Source: an uncultured candidatus Porisulfidus sp. (GTDB lineage Bacteria > Pseudomonadota > Gammaproteobacteria > Poriferisulfidales > Poriferisulfidaceae). From it: a DNA stretch of 64,000 bases. A program made the position numbers and the translations under genes. The stretch is from assembly GCA_965116025.1 (NCBI GenBank), contig OZ220480.1, forward strand, positions 1,152,001-1,216,000. The letters are read 5' to 3'. The notes under the pieces are model-generated. The model had not been told where the DNA came from. It saw only the letters and a list, made by a program, of their open reading frames with translations, and searched no databases. Numbering within the stretch: position 1 is the first letter of the stretch; every line of letters begins with the position of its first letter. This document shows, one piece after another, positions 43,293 through 53,525 of this stretch.

Positions 43293-44546
43293 ATGAACTT
43301 ACAAGAAAACACCGCGGCGCGACCCGCGCCATCGTTCGTTCGGCATTCCCTGCTGGGGTGTTTGGCGTTGCTTCTAATGGCCTGCGGAAGCTCCGGAAGC
43401 AAGACCTTGATACCGAATGAAACGGTGACCTCCCCGAATGAACAGACGCAACGGCACGCCACGGTCAAGCACGCGATTCCAGCCACGAGCATCGCCTCTG
43501 CGAGGGAGAAATTCACTGGCGCCACGGAACTCTCGCTTAACGCGGCGCAACTCGCTAGCAACAGACTCATAATCATTAGAAAAGCTGGCCGTTATTCGAG
43601 CACGGGCGCTTTGCTGGCGAGGACCACGGATGCTGACGCGACTCCCCCCACGGTTGAGCACGTTGCGGTGGAAGCCACCTGCGCGGAGGGAAGCGGCCCC
43701 ACGAGACCGAAGTGCGTCTTTGGAATGGATGGTCTGCGCAACGCGGTCACGAACCATCTGGGCTTGACGAATGAGGATGATCAGGGGGAGAACGATGTCG
43801 GATTCCTGAACTCGTCCTTTGATCGCGAACCCATCATGTATTACAAGGATGTCGCGCTGTCGCAAGTGCGAGGGAAGGGAACCGACACGAAAGACAAAGC
43901 GGGGGATGATCCGGACGAGAACGCGTACGAATACGTGGGTTATGACGGCATGTTGATCCACAGCATGTTTTTTGTCGGGATCCATAAATTCTTCGATGAC
44001 GACGAGGAATTGATGCACGTGCGCCTCGGGAATGCCTCGATCGGAAAGATCTACGACCAGGAATCCGACACCACCGGCATCCAAAACCCGAATCTCAGCC
44101 TGACCGGAACCGGCGTCATGGTCGGCGCGGAAATCAAGCAGAAGACCTTGGAGAACCACCTCGTGCAAGGTGACGTGGCCATTGATTACGATCATACCGA
44201 TTCGACGGTCGATATTACCGTCACGGGCATAAAAAGGCTGTTGGGAACCGATCCCGCTTGGTACGCGGCCTCCGCCCGAACGGGCGCCAGCAATCCGCTC
44301 AAATGGTCGGGATTGAGCGTCGAGAATTCCAAATTCACCGCCACGGGTTCGGGGAAGAAGATACAGGGGTCGTTCTATGGAACTCCGAGCACCAGCGAGG
44401 GTGATGATCCCGACAATGGAGCGTATGAGATCGGAGCTGCTTTCCATCACATTGAGGCTTCGCACGCCACCGAGGCCAGATATTCGATTTTCGGCGCTTT
44501 TGGCTCTAAGCTAAGTCCCCCCGAAACCAACGGAGGCGGGTCGTGA
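43293..44546 (+). CDS. Surface lipoprotein with a TbpB-like C-terminal beta-barrel
   Basis: LLLMA-C lipobox with GSSGS linker; C-terminal IQGSFYG..EIGAAF..IFGAFG. Confidence 0.7.
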   Translation: MNLQENTAARPAPSFVRHSLLGCLALLLMACGSSGSKTLIPNETVTSPNEQTQRHATVKHAIPATSIASAREKFTGATELSLNAAQLASNRLIIIRKAGRYSSTGALLARTTDADATPPTVEHVAVEATCAEGSGPTRPKCVFGMDGLRNAVTNHLGLTNEDDQGENDVGFLNSSFDREPIMYYKDVALSQVRGKGTDTKDKAGDDPDENAYEYVGYDGMLIHSMFFVGIHKFFDDDEELMHVRLGNASIGKIYDQESDTTGIQNPNLSLTGTGVMVGAEIKQKTLENHLVQGDVAIDYDHTDSTVDITVTGIKRLLGTDPAWYAASARTGASNPLKWSGLSVENSKFTATGSGKKIQGSFYGTPSTSEGDDPDNGAYEIGAAFHHIEASHATEARYSIFGAFGSKLSPPETNGGGS

Positions 44547-44626
44547 TGGATGCGGAAGGAGAGGGGCAGGTGGCGCGAGACGCTTCCGCCAGGGTATCCA
44601 GATTCCCGAAACGGAGCCTCGACGAT

Positions 44627-44700
44627 TGGCTGGGGGAGAGGGATTCGAACCCCCGCTGGCGGAGTCAGAGTCCGCAGTCCTGCCACTAGACGATCCCCCA
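44627..44700 (-). tRNA. tRNA-Gln(CTG)
   Basis: TGGGGGA acceptor, anticodon loop CT-CTG-AC, GGTTCGAATCC, CCA end. Confidence 0.96.
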
Positions 44701-44748
44701 GCGGCACGGTTAAAATTATACGCTCATAGAATCAGGAGGATTTTCGTG

Positions 44749-44988
44749 ATGGCTGAAGAATCTGGTAAGCCAGATGCCGAAGAGCAGAGCGATTCTGGAG
44801 CTTTGCGCTTGGAGGCCCGGGAATACGACGCGATCGGCCCCATCCACTGCGGCGTGACCCGCGAGGGGCTGGTGGCGATTGGTGGGCGGCAGTTCCATGT
44901 GAAGGATGGCGAGCGGCAGACCGCCGAGCACGTAGGGATCACGGTGCGTCGCGCTGGCGAGACGTATACCTTTTCGAAGATGGAGTGA
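44749..44988 (+). CDS. Hypothetical protein (79 aa)
   Basis: AGGAGG RBS, coding-like composition. Confidence 0.65.
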   Translation: MAEESGKPDAEEQSDSGALRLEAREYDAIGPIHCGVTREGLVAIGGRQFHVKDGERQTAEHVGITVRRAGETYTFSKME

Positions 44989-45031
44989 TTTCGCGCGGGG
45001 CGAATTCGTTCCCGCGCTTCCTTCGCCAGAG

Positions 45032-45931
45032 TCAAGTTGCCGCTTCGGCCGCGATCAGCGTGCCGATTCCTTCGCGCGTGAACACCTCTAGAACCACCGC
45101 GTGCGGAGTCCGTCCGTCAATGATGTGAGCGGTGTGGACGCCAGCGTTCAGCGCGTTCAGCGCGCAGCGGGTCTTGGGCACCATGCCGCCATTTATCGTC
45201 CCGTCATCAATCAGGGCCTCGACATCCGACGGCTTGAGGCTGGTGAGCAGTTTCCCCTGGGCGTTCAGCACTCCCGGCTGATTGGTCAGCATGATTAATT
45301 TCTCCGCCCGCAGCGCGACGGCCATGTGACTGGCAACCGTGTCCGCGTTAATGTTGTAGGTTTCGCGGTCGGCCCCGATCCCGACGGGCGCGATCACGGG
45401 GATCTTCCCGTCGTCTTCCAGTGCCAAGATCGGGCCGGGGTCGATACTCGCCACCGTTCCGGTATGGCCGAGATCAATGATTTCCGGCACGTTCATGTCC
45501 GGGGAGAATGGCTTCAGTTCTAATGGTTTAGCGTGAATGAAGCCGCCTCGCTTGCCCGTGACACCGGCGGCGCGACCCCCATGCCGATTGACCAGATCGA
45601 CGATCTCCGTGTTGATGATGTCGCCTAGGACCTTTTCGACCACATCCATGGTCTGCCGGTCGGTGACGCGCACGCCATCAATGAAACGGCTTTCTATGCC
45701 GAGTTCTTTCAGGCGGACGCCTATCTGGGGGCCACCGCCGTGCACGACGACCGGTTTGATGCCTACCTGCCGCATCAGCGTCAAATCGCGCGCGAAGCTG
45801 CTCTTCAACGTCTCGTCGATCATCGCGTTGCCGCCATACTTGATGATGACGGATCTTCCCGAAAACGCCTGCATGTAGGGCAGGGCCTCGACCAGAACGC
45901 GAACGGTCTGCTGGGCGGATCGCCGGTCCAT
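45032..45931 (-). CDS. argB: Acetylglutamate kinase
   Basis: IKYGGNAM, VHGGGPQI, NINAD, GGMVPK. Confidence 0.96.
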   Translation of the reverse strand: MDRRSAQQTVRVLVEALPYMQAFSGRSVIIKYGGNAMIDETLKSSFARDLTLMRQVGIKPVVVHGGGPQIGVRLKELGIESRFIDGVRVTDRQTMDVVEKVLGDIINTEIVDLVNRHGGRAAGVTGKRGGFIHAKPLELKPFSPDMNVPEIIDLGHTGTVASIDPGPILALEDDGKIPVIAPVGIGADRETYNINADTVASHMAVALRAEKLIMLTNQPGVLNAQGKLLTSLKPSDVEALIDDGTINGGMVPKTRCALNALNAGVHTAHIIDGRTPHAVVLEVFTREGIGTLIAAEAAT

Positions 45932-45981
45932 GCCGTGTTCTCGCGCGGGCGGATTGGTGAAAAATCGGTGAGGGACGAGAC

Positions 45982-46058
45982 TGGTCGGAGTGAGAGGATT
46001 TGAACCTCCGCCCCCTGCCTCCCGAAGGCAGTGCTCTACCAGGCTGAGCTACACTCCG
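45982..46058 (-). tRNA. tRNA-Pro(CGG)
   Basis: CGGAGTGTAGCTCAG.., anticodon loop TT-CGG-GA, GGTTCAAATCC, CCA end. Confidence 0.96.
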
Positions 46059-46141
46059 AAACCGGAAGCCGGGCGCGCATTGTACACCCCGAGAATCTTG
46101 AGTGCTCGCTCCGCTCCGCTCTCTGATCGTTTCAGGGCGAC

Positions 46142-46176
46142 AAAAAAGCCCGCCGACGGAGGCCGCCGACGGGCTC
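46142..46176 (-). terminator. Terminator after hsp20
   Basis: AGCCCG..CGGGCT hairpin followed by T6 on the minus strand. Confidence 0.65.
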
Positions 46177-46193
46177 GGATGGAACCCGCTGGA

Positions 46194-46631
46194 TTAGCTG
46201 GTCTGGACCGTGATGCGGCGCGGCTTGGTGGCGGCGTGCTTGCCAATCTGAATATGCAGCACTCCGTCCTTGCCATGCGCCTCAATCGCGTCCGAGTCGA
46301 TATCGTCCGGCAACCTGAAGCTGCGCTGGAACGAGCCGTACGCGCGCTCGATCCGGCGATAGCGCCTCTCGCCTTCTTCTCCGGCATCGGTCTCGGCCAG
46401 ACGCTGGCCCTTGATGTGGAGAATATCGCCGTCCACGTTGATTTCCACGTCTTCCGGCTTGATTCCGGGAAGGTCGGCCGTGACCAAATAGTGTTCGCCT
46501 CGGTCTTCGAAATCCACCGCGGGAGCCCAATCCGATTGGATCTGGCCGCCTTCGCTCTTGGCTAAGCCGCGGAACAGCTGATTCCAGTGGCCCAGCGAAT
46601 CGAACGGGTCGAAATAAATGCTTGGATACAT
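46194..46631 (-). CDS. Hsp20/alpha-crystallin small heat shock protein
   Basis: WAPAVD, ADLPGI, ERAYGSFQRSFRLP, DGVLHI. Confidence 0.94.
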   Translation of the reverse strand: MYPSIYFDPFDSLGHWNQLFRGLAKSEGGQIQSDWAPAVDFEDRGEHYLVTADLPGIKPEDVEINVDGDILHIKGQRLAETDAGEEGERRYRRIERAYGSFQRSFRLPDDIDSDAIEAHGKDGVLHIQIGKHAATKPRRITVQTS

Positions 46632-46667
46632 GGTTGTTCCCTCCAAAATGGTTTCCTTGCTTTAAAA

Positions 46668-46696
46668 AGATAGGATTGACCGCGGAAAATTTCAAG
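46668..46696 (-). promoter_or_regulatory. Sigma32-like promoter for hsp20
   Basis: CTTGAAA-N15-CCTATCT, close to the CTTGAAA..CCCCAT consensus. Confidence 0.6.
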
Positions 46697-47189
46697 AGGA
46701 AGGCGAGGTCGGCTCGAATCGCTGTCGTTTCCGGTTTTTGCGCGCTTGGTCGTGCGGATACAGGCATCCGCCCATGGCGATGTAGGCTCCAGCTTTCGCG
46801 GTGAGCGCGGCCGCGATGGCGAAGCCCAAGTTGAAGGGGGCATCGGTTTGGCGGAATCGGGCCGGGCTCATAGCCCCGGTGAGCACGATGGTCTTGTCTG
46901 GGATATCGGCCAATTTCGCGGCGGATTCCGTCATGGTGTCCGTGCCGTGGATCACCACGACCCGCGAGGCGTCGCAACTCGCGGCCGCCGTATGCAAGAT
47001 TTGGCGGTCGTCGTCGGTCATGTCCAGGCTGTCTTTGCGCATCACCTCAATCAACTCCCACCCGTCTCGCATGCCGGCCTCGGCCAAGATGTCAGATGCG
47101 CAGGGGGCCCCCACACTGTACTCGCTCAATGCGTCGTGGTAGACCTTGTCAAAGGTCCCACCGCAGGTGAGGATCGCCAATCGCGTCAT
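46692..47189 (-). CDS. Short asparaginase-domain protein (N-terminal domain only)
   Basis: TCGGTFDK, KDSLDMTD, HGTDTM, VLTGAM. Confidence 0.87.
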   Translation of the reverse strand: MTRLAILTCGGTFDKVYHDALSEYSVGAPCASDILAEAGMRDGWELIEVMRKDSLDMTDDDRQILHTAAASCDASRVVVIHGTDTMTESAAKLADIPDKTIVLTGAMSPARFRQTDAPFNLGFAIAAALTAKAGAYIAMGGCLYPHDQARKNRKRQRFEPTSPSS

Positions 47190-47205
47190 GCCGGGTTGAG
47201 CTAGC

Positions 47206-50200
47206 CTATCCGCCATCATGCTGGCTGTATTGACTGTAGCCCAAGCCTCGCACGTGCGGCTCTTTCCCGAGCAACGCCCGAAGGCGCGCCAATTTTTGGC
47301 GATCCCAGCCCATGGCCGTGGCCACCGCATCGTCCCAAGTCTCGCGCACGTCGCAATCGCCCTCCCGAAACTGCGGAACCATAATGCTTTTGGTTTTCGT
47401 CCAGCAGTCGGCCAAGATCCGACAGACTCGCCGTTCGCTGACATCGGGAATTCTGATGCTGTTGGTTTCCTTCGCGCTGTATGTCGGAAACGCGAGTTTA
47501 CGGCCCGGCGTCCGCATCAGTTGCAGGCGTCCCACCGTCGAATTCAGCCAGACCGCCAATGCCTTCGCCTGCGTCACCGTCAGTCCGGTGACCGGCATCC
47601 AGCCGTTACCGACGTACGCTTTCTGGCTCGCGGTCGCGGTGAGTCGCCCCGTGCTGGTGTCTTGTCCGGCAGTGACTAGCAGATATCCAGATTTTTGCAG
47701 GAGTTTTCGCGCTATCGGATATATGCCGCCATTCTCTTCGTGGGCTTGTTCATCTCGTCGCTTGGGAATCCAATATTCGTCTGGTTCGCTCCGTATCGTC
47801 ATTTGGCTGTCCGCCCCTTTTGATTTCAGGATCGGGAAACTGCCCGGCGCGCCCGCTTCCGCTGGCTCGAAATCCCCGCGGAGCACTTGTCCGGTCGCGT
47901 GCGCTTGGAAACCAGCGGCTTTGATGCTGGGGAGCGTATCGTCGCTCGCATAGTTGCTCGCGGCCTCAGCCAGCTCGGGAGAGCGCCATGCCGCGGCGCT
48001 CCAGTCGCCGGCCTCAATCCGTTCCTCTGGCCAATGGAACACCTCGCCCCAGCCATGCTCCAAGGCGCCTCGCTCGCAATGCGAGAGGCATTGATGCAGA
48101 TTCTCCACTTCCGCCTCGTCCATAGGGAGGCGGTCCAGGTTGATGAAACGAGTGGGTGATGGAGAGTCGGCCGCGTTGTCCGCGCGCTTTTTGGCGATGA
48201 TAACGCTTTCGTTAATATTGGTGTTTTGACTCATGTTGACCTGCCCGGGCTGGTGGCAGGTGAGCACCGTGTGGATGTGATAGCGCCGGGCGAGAAGCCA
48301 TCGCTCATTCAGTCCGGATGTGGCGCATAAAGTTATTGTTGGGTTGATCATCGCCAGCACGCCGTCTTCGTGAAGGCACTGATCGGCCAAAGCGACAAAT
48401 GTCGGACCGATAGAGTTGCCGCTCCCGAAATTCGCCATTTCCCTATCCGAAGCCGTTAGCTTTCGCTCTATAAGGTCCACGCGGTCGCGCAAATCTTTCT
48501 GCGTATCTTTCAGAAATTTCTCGCCCATCTTGGCCCGGTTGGTGAAAGGTGGATTCATGATGATCAGATCCGCGTTTTTCACCTCCCTCACAACGTCCTC
48601 GATTTGGCCGCTGACTCCCTCGTCTTCGCACCAGATGGCGTTGGTCCCAATTTCTTCTTCCATCAAAGCCAGTTCGCTGGACCTGGGGCTGATACCGCGC
48701 CGTCCCAACAATTCCAGCGTTCCCGCGAACACCTGCAGGCTCAGCTCGCCATCCGGGCCGTATGGCATCAAGTGCAGGCCCATCCTCTGATAGCGGATTT
48801 CCTTATGCCCGGTCGTCAATTGCGCGGCCGCGAGTTGCAGAGATATCGGGTTGATATCCAATCCCTTCAGGGTGTCTTCCACGGCCAGCCTTTGCAGCCT
48901 GGCGATCTGCTCCTCGCTCGCGTCCCGCGCCTTAGCGCGGCGTTTCATCTCCGCCAGGACGGCGGCCAAGAGCGTGCCGCTCCCGCAGGCCAAATCGACG
49001 ATCTTGCGAGACCGCAAGACGGTCTCGTCCGTCCAGTCCATATCTCCGCAAACATCTAGCGCGAGCCGGGCGACGATGGAGCCCGCTATCGGCTTGGTGA
49101 AGTAGGCCCCATCGCTGGCCTGGTTGCCCATAACCCGATTGAAAAGTGGGCCAGCGTGGTCAGCCCCTAGATTGGCATAAGTGTCCGCGATGCGCGCGGA
49201 TTCCGTTGTCAGATGGCGCAAGGCTCGCTCTAGCCCAGCCAGCTTCCGGGTATCCTCGATCAGCTCGATGACATCGACCGCGGGCCTCAGCACGGGCTTG
49301 TAATCGCGGTCCAGAATGCGGCCCCATGTCCGCCGCGCGAGGCGCACTATGTCGGGATCGTTTTTAATGATTTCCAGCTTGTCAATCTTCCCGATCCAAC
49401 GGCTCTGGGCGATGCGTTGATGGAGCATGGCCGCGTTCATCATCAGCAAGGCCGCGATAACGCAACCATCCGCCTGTTCCTCGCGCTTGCTCTCCTTCAG
49501 GTGGTTCAGGTCGAAATGCCTGTCCAGAACGGGTTGCAACCCGTCGCTTCTCAGATGGTGCGCGGCTTCCTTGATGCTGTCCTCGAGAATGTTCAGATCC
49601 CGGATGACGCGATTTTCCGCCAATCCCGATCGGGACAGCAAGTTCATGCTGATCGCGTGACCGTGCTCGCTATCCATATCGGTGAGCATTAACAGCTGTT
49701 TAGCTACCCGCTCGGTCGTCTCCTCTCGATGTTTTTTCTTCGTTTTGACGGTAGCGCGCCGTCCCGCGCTCTTGTTGATCATTTTCTGGGCCTTCGCCTT
49801 GGATTTTCCGATATCCACCGGGCCGCGGTCGCCCTTGGAGGAAGAGGTCGGTTTGGCTCGCTCAACGGTGTCGATACGGATTTCGTTTTTTCCGTCATCG
49901 TTCTTTTTGCCAGTAATGATCAAGGCGAGATCCAGCGCGTCAGCTTTCGTCGAATCGGGCAGAAGAGAAAATTCCTTATCAATGGCGCTTTGCCCATCCA
50001 GCACCCGTTCCACGGCTTTTTCCGCCTCTCCCGGGGGGCCCGCGTGCGTCCGATAGCGGATTCGTTTCGTTGCTCCATCCGCGATCGCGATCAGAGTGTG
50101 TTGCGTTTCGGGCGCTTCGGGCAGATACAGCCGCAACAACTCGGACAGGTCGTCCTCGATGCGACTGTCATGCGCGCGCAAGGCGAGCAGGATCTCTCCC

Positions 50201-52248
50201 AGTTCCTGCCACCCCTCTCCCATGGAGCTGGCGCTCAGCCAGCGCTCTGGGTCCACGTTGGGCGGGATTAATACTGGACAGACGATGTAGCCTCGCTCCT
50301 TGCCCGGCGCGGAGCGCATGACTCGGCCAACGGCCTGAATGACGTCTATAGGGCTTTTCCTTGGCTCTAGGAAGGCCACCGCGCTCAACGACGGAGAATC
50401 GGTGCCTTCACCGAAAATGCCTACGTTGATGACCCCATGCGGAGCTGTGGCGTTGGCTTGGGCCAGCCGTAATTTTTCGTTCTCCCGGGCCGCCACGTTG
50501 CTGCTGGCGTCCAAATGCTCAAGCGTGTATCGCGTGGCCTCCTGTTTCCGCCCGTCGGCGAGCAGCCAGCGCCGCAGCCAATCCCTCACGGCGCCCGTTT
50601 GCAAGTCTTTCGCCATATTTTTGGATTTGTCCACGGTGTTCATGAACGCGATGCAGGACTTAATCGTCACGCGTTCCTTGTCGCCAGGAACGGACGTGGC
50701 TCCTCCCATCGCGAGAGTGAAGGCGAGTCCCTTGAGATAGTGGGCGGTGGTCAGGGCGTTCCTTCCTTTGCTCTCGGTTTTCTTCGCGAGTTGATTGGCT
50801 TGCTTGAACGCGTCCTCATCGTTGATCCCCAGCGCGATGATTCGGTAGTCGGCGAGCCAGCCGTTTCTCACGGTCTCCACGTAGCTCTTGCGATACAGTT
50901 CCACGCCAAAAATAGTTTCATCATCCATGGTGCGAACTATCCAGTCGCCGTCTTTCGATGGCTTGCTGGCGTCATAAACGCGAGGCGTGGCGGTTTGGTA
51001 GATCCGGTAGATGGTCGGGAACGCTTCGTTGTCGTGGCACAGCGTGAATTCGCGCAACCGCTTTTCTTCCTCGGCGCTCGCGTTGGCGTTCCCATTCTTC
51101 TTCTTGCGGCGCAGGCCAGCGGTGCGGTGCGCCTCGTCCGCGATGAGAACCTTGATCGTCGCGCCAGATTTCTCGAGGGCGTCCGCGATGTTTCGCCCGC
51201 TTTGGTAGGTGCCGAAAATCACGCTGATTCGATCGCTTTTCCTGCCTTCCGCTATCCAGCCCGCGATTTCATCCGGATTCGTGGTGACGTGCCCGATCAC
51301 CTCCGATTCGCTTACGAAACTGTAGTCTCGCGTCGGATCATCAACGGCGTTCCTAGCTCCCTCCCGCTTGGGGTCGAATCCGGCCGTTTTGTCGGAACAT
51401 ACGGCGAGAGGACGGAGTTTGATCCGCGCATGCTGAAGATACTCCCGCCGGATTTGCGCGACCAGCGCGATCGACGGGCAGAGAACGACGGACAGTTCGC
51501 CCAGCGCGGTCAGTTCCTCGACGATTCGCAGGGAGATGCGCGTCTTGCCGGTGCCGCATGGCAGGATGATCTTTCCTCGGGCTTGGCCTTTGGGCAGTCC
51601 GCCGCTGTCCGATTTCTCGTGCGCCCTTAGAATGCGCGCGCTTTCGCTAACGGCCTCGCGTTGCATGCAGGTTTTGGTTCGCTTCGGCGGTTCGCTCGTC
51701 TGGTCCGGATCAGCAGGCACGCCGCGCGAACGAGTCTCGCTGGCCGATGTATCGGGGCCTAGCGCGTCATGCTGCCGCTGCAGATCATTGGTGATAAGGA
51801 CCGTTTTTATGGGCTTGTCGGCCATCAGCAGGTTTTGCTGGACATTGGCGGATAGCGGGGTGTTGCCGTTGGTGACGAGCCAGCGCTCCGCCCAAAAATC
51901 TCCAGATGACGCGGCGGCGAAACTGTCGATCTCTTGCTTGGGGATGGCTGGGCCTTTTCCTCTCTCATCCAGCATGCGGGCCTTGCACTGGATGGCGATG
52001 CATTCGCCATCGCCACGTTCCGCGACGAGGTCTATGCCGGTATCTTGACGATTGGAGCCAGGAAATCGCGCCTTCCGTTCCGGCCAATCTCCCCATTCAT
52101 GGCATGCGGTGATGTCCCACTCTTTGATGTGAGGAGCGATGCGGACGGTGATATCTTCAAGCCAGCGCCCGTCGCTAGGGCGGAGACCGCGCTCGGCCAC
52201 CTCGGCGAGCGCTTCCGCGATAATGGCCTTGACGCTCTCATTCTCCAT
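47206..52248 (-). CDS. Fused nuclease-helicase-methyltransferase (Type ISP-like restriction-modification enzyme)
   Basis: Mrr-like DTGIDLV..AIQCK; SF2 motifs PCGTGKT, DEAH, TATP, QAVGRVMR; MTase DLACGSGT and NPPF. Confidence 0.88.
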   Translation of the reverse strand: MENESVKAIIAEALAEVAERGLRPSDGRWLEDITVRIAPHIKEWDITACHEWGDWPERKARFPGSNRQDTGIDLVAERGDGECIAIQCKARMLDERGKGPAIPKQEIDSFAAASSGDFWAERWLVTNGNTPLSANVQQNLLMADKPIKTVLITNDLQRQHDALGPDTSASETRSRGVPADPDQTSEPPKRTKTCMQREAVSESARILRAHEKSDSGGLPKGQARGKIILPCGTGKTRISLRIVEELTALGELSVVLCPSIALVAQIRREYLQHARIKLRPLAVCSDKTAGFDPKREGARNAVDDPTRDYSFVSESEVIGHVTTNPDEIAGWIAEGRKSDRISVIFGTYQSGRNIADALEKSGATIKVLIADEAHRTAGLRRKKKNGNANASAEEEKRLREFTLCHDNEAFPTIYRIYQTATPRVYDASKPSKDGDWIVRTMDDETIFGVELYRKSYVETVRNGWLADYRIIALGINDEDAFKQANQLAKKTESKGRNALTTAHYLKGLAFTLAMGGATSVPGDKERVTIKSCIAFMNTVDKSKNMAKDLQTGAVRDWLRRWLLADGRKQEATRYTLEHLDASSNVAARENEKLRLAQANATAPHGVINVGIFGEGTDSPSLSAVAFLEPRKSPIDVIQAVGRVMRSAPGKERGYIVCPVLIPPNVDPERWLSASSMGEGWQELGEILLALRAHDSRIEDDLSELLRLYLPEAPETQHTLIAIADGATKRIRYRTHAGPPGEAEKAVERVLDGQSAIDKEFSLLPDSTKADALDLALIITGKKNDDGKNEIRIDTVERAKPTSSSKGDRGPVDIGKSKAKAQKMINKSAGRRATVKTKKKHREETTERVAKQLLMLTDMDSEHGHAISMNLLSRSGLAENRVIRDLNILEDSIKEAAHHLRSDGLQPVLDRHFDLNHLKESKREEQADGCVIAALLMMNAAMLHQRIAQSRWIGKIDKLEIIKNDPDIVRLARRTWGRILDRDYKPVLRPAVDVIELIEDTRKLAGLERALRHLTTESARIADTYANLGADHAGPLFNRVMGNQASDGAYFTKPIAGSIVARLALDVCGDMDWTDETVLRSRKIVDLACGSGTLLAAVLAEMKRRAKARDASEEQIARLQRLAVEDTLKGLDINPISLQLAAAQLTTGHKEIRYQRMGLHLMPYGPDGELSLQVFAGTLELLGRRGISPRSSELALMEEEIGTNAIWCEDEGVSGQIEDVVREVKNADLIIMNPPFTNRAKMGEKFLKDTQKDLRDRVDLIERKLTASDREMANFGSGNSIGPTFVALADQCLHEDGVLAMINPTITLCATSGLNERWLLARRYHIHTVLTCHQPGQVNMSQNTNINESVIIAKKRADNAADSPSPTRFINLDRLPMDEAEVENLHQCLSHCERGALEHGWGEVFHWPEERIEAGDWSAAAWRSPELAEAASNYASDDTLPSIKAAGFQAHATGQVLRGDFEPAEAGAPGSFPILKSKGADSQMTIRSEPDEYWIPKRRDEQAHEENGGIYPIARKLLQKSGYLLVTAGQDTSTGRLTATASQKAYVGNGWMPVTGLTVTQAKALAVWLNSTVGRLQLMRTPGRKLAFPTYSAKETNSIRIPDVSERRVCRILADCWTKTKSIMVPQFREGDCDVRETWDDAVATAMGWDRQKLARLRALLGKEPHVRGLGYSQYSQHDGG

Positions 52249-52640
52249 CGATTTTTCCGGCTACCGTGGAATGATGTCGGGTCCAAAGGCCATGCTGGAG
52301 AGGGAGGCCATCCGGGATGGCTCATGCGTTTGTCGCGTGATTCTCCCTGCGAGAGGCATTGTACACATCTGGCTGGACGCGTCCGCCAATCGGTGTGGGA
52401 GCGAAGTGGAAATATGGAGAGTGGACCGAGCGAGTCTCGGGAAATTTGGCTGATTCGCGGGTACAGGTGTTTGGACCGTTCCCGTAATGAGGGGCCGGAG
52501 CGCGTGACCCATGGCCTCCCGGAGGAGGAGCCCTCCCACCGAAGGTTGGATGCGCGCGCGTGGTCTGCCAAACGTCGTCAGGTATGGGACTTGCTAGGAA
52601 GCCCTAGCTTCTCGCTGAAAGCCTGAACTGGGGAATCGCG

Positions 52641-53486
52641 CTACTCGATGTTTTGGATCTGCTCGCGCATCTGCTCAATCAGCACTTTGAGCGCGAGTGC
52701 TGTGTTGGTGGTGGCGACATCCGGCGCCTTGGAGGCCAGCGTGTTCGCCTCGCGCGTGAACTCCTGCATCAGGAAGTCCAGTTTCCTGCCCTGCGCGCCC
52801 TTCCCGTCCAGCACCGCCAGGGCCTCCTCAAGGTGACTGTCCAAGCGGGCTAGCTCCTCATCGACATCGGCCCGCATTACTTGAATAGCGATCTCCTCTT
52901 CCAGTCGTTGAGCGTTCACGGACGCCTTCAATTCCTCCAGTCGCGCTTGCCATCGCTCGCGCATGGCTTGTTGGACGGACGGCCTCTGGGACCGTAGCGT
53001 CTCGATATGCCGCCCGACTTCTTTCAACTGCTCGCGCAAGACGCGCGCCAGACGGTCTCCCTCGTCCTGTCGCTGTCGAGCGAACGCCTCCAGAGCCTCT
53101 TCGTACGCGCGCTGGGCCACGGGGGCCAGCGTGGATTCCGACGCGGGAGAGGAGCTCCACGTCGCCGGCAGATCCATCACGCGAGCCGGATCGGAATGAG
53201 GGAACAAGCGCCGGGTCGTGCTGACCAAGCGGCGTAGCTGGACCGGATTTATGGACGCGGGCTTCGAGTCGTCCGTGGCTCGCCGAAAATTGGCGGTCAC
53301 ATCGACCTTTCCTCGGGAACAAACCTCTCGCAACCGCGCGCGCCAAGCGGGTTCCAGCCTGGCGCACTCCCGGGTCAAGTGGAATCCGGGTTGCAGGTAA
53401 CGGTGGTTGACGGACCGGATCTCCACCACCATCTGCCCGCGCCCGGCGTTCGCCTCGGCGCGGGCGAACGCGGTCATGCTGCGCAT
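52641..53486 (-). CDS. yicC: YicC/YloC family endoribonuclease
   Basis: MRSMTAFAR, EIRSVNHRYL, GRKLDFLMQEF.REANTL.SK, EQMREQIQNIE. Confidence 0.93.
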   Translation of the reverse strand: MRSMTAFARAEANAGRGQMVVEIRSVNHRYLQPGFHLTRECARLEPAWRARLREVCSRGKVDVTANFRRATDDSKPASINPVQLRRLVSTTRRLFPHSDPARVMDLPATWSSSPASESTLAPVAQRAYEEALEAFARQRQDEGDRLARVLREQLKEVGRHIETLRSQRPSVQQAMRERWQARLEELKASVNAQRLEEEIAIQVMRADVDEELARLDSHLEEALAVLDGKGAQGRKLDFLMQEFTREANTLASKAPDVATTNTALALKVLIEQMREQIQNIE

Positions 53487-53525
53487 GCGCCGGAAGGTCG
53501 GCCGCGACAGCGCGGAACGGTTGTA

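Noticed and set aside
47190-52660. Integrated element at the yicC 3' end
   Set aside because: No integrase and no duplicated yicC 3' sequence found
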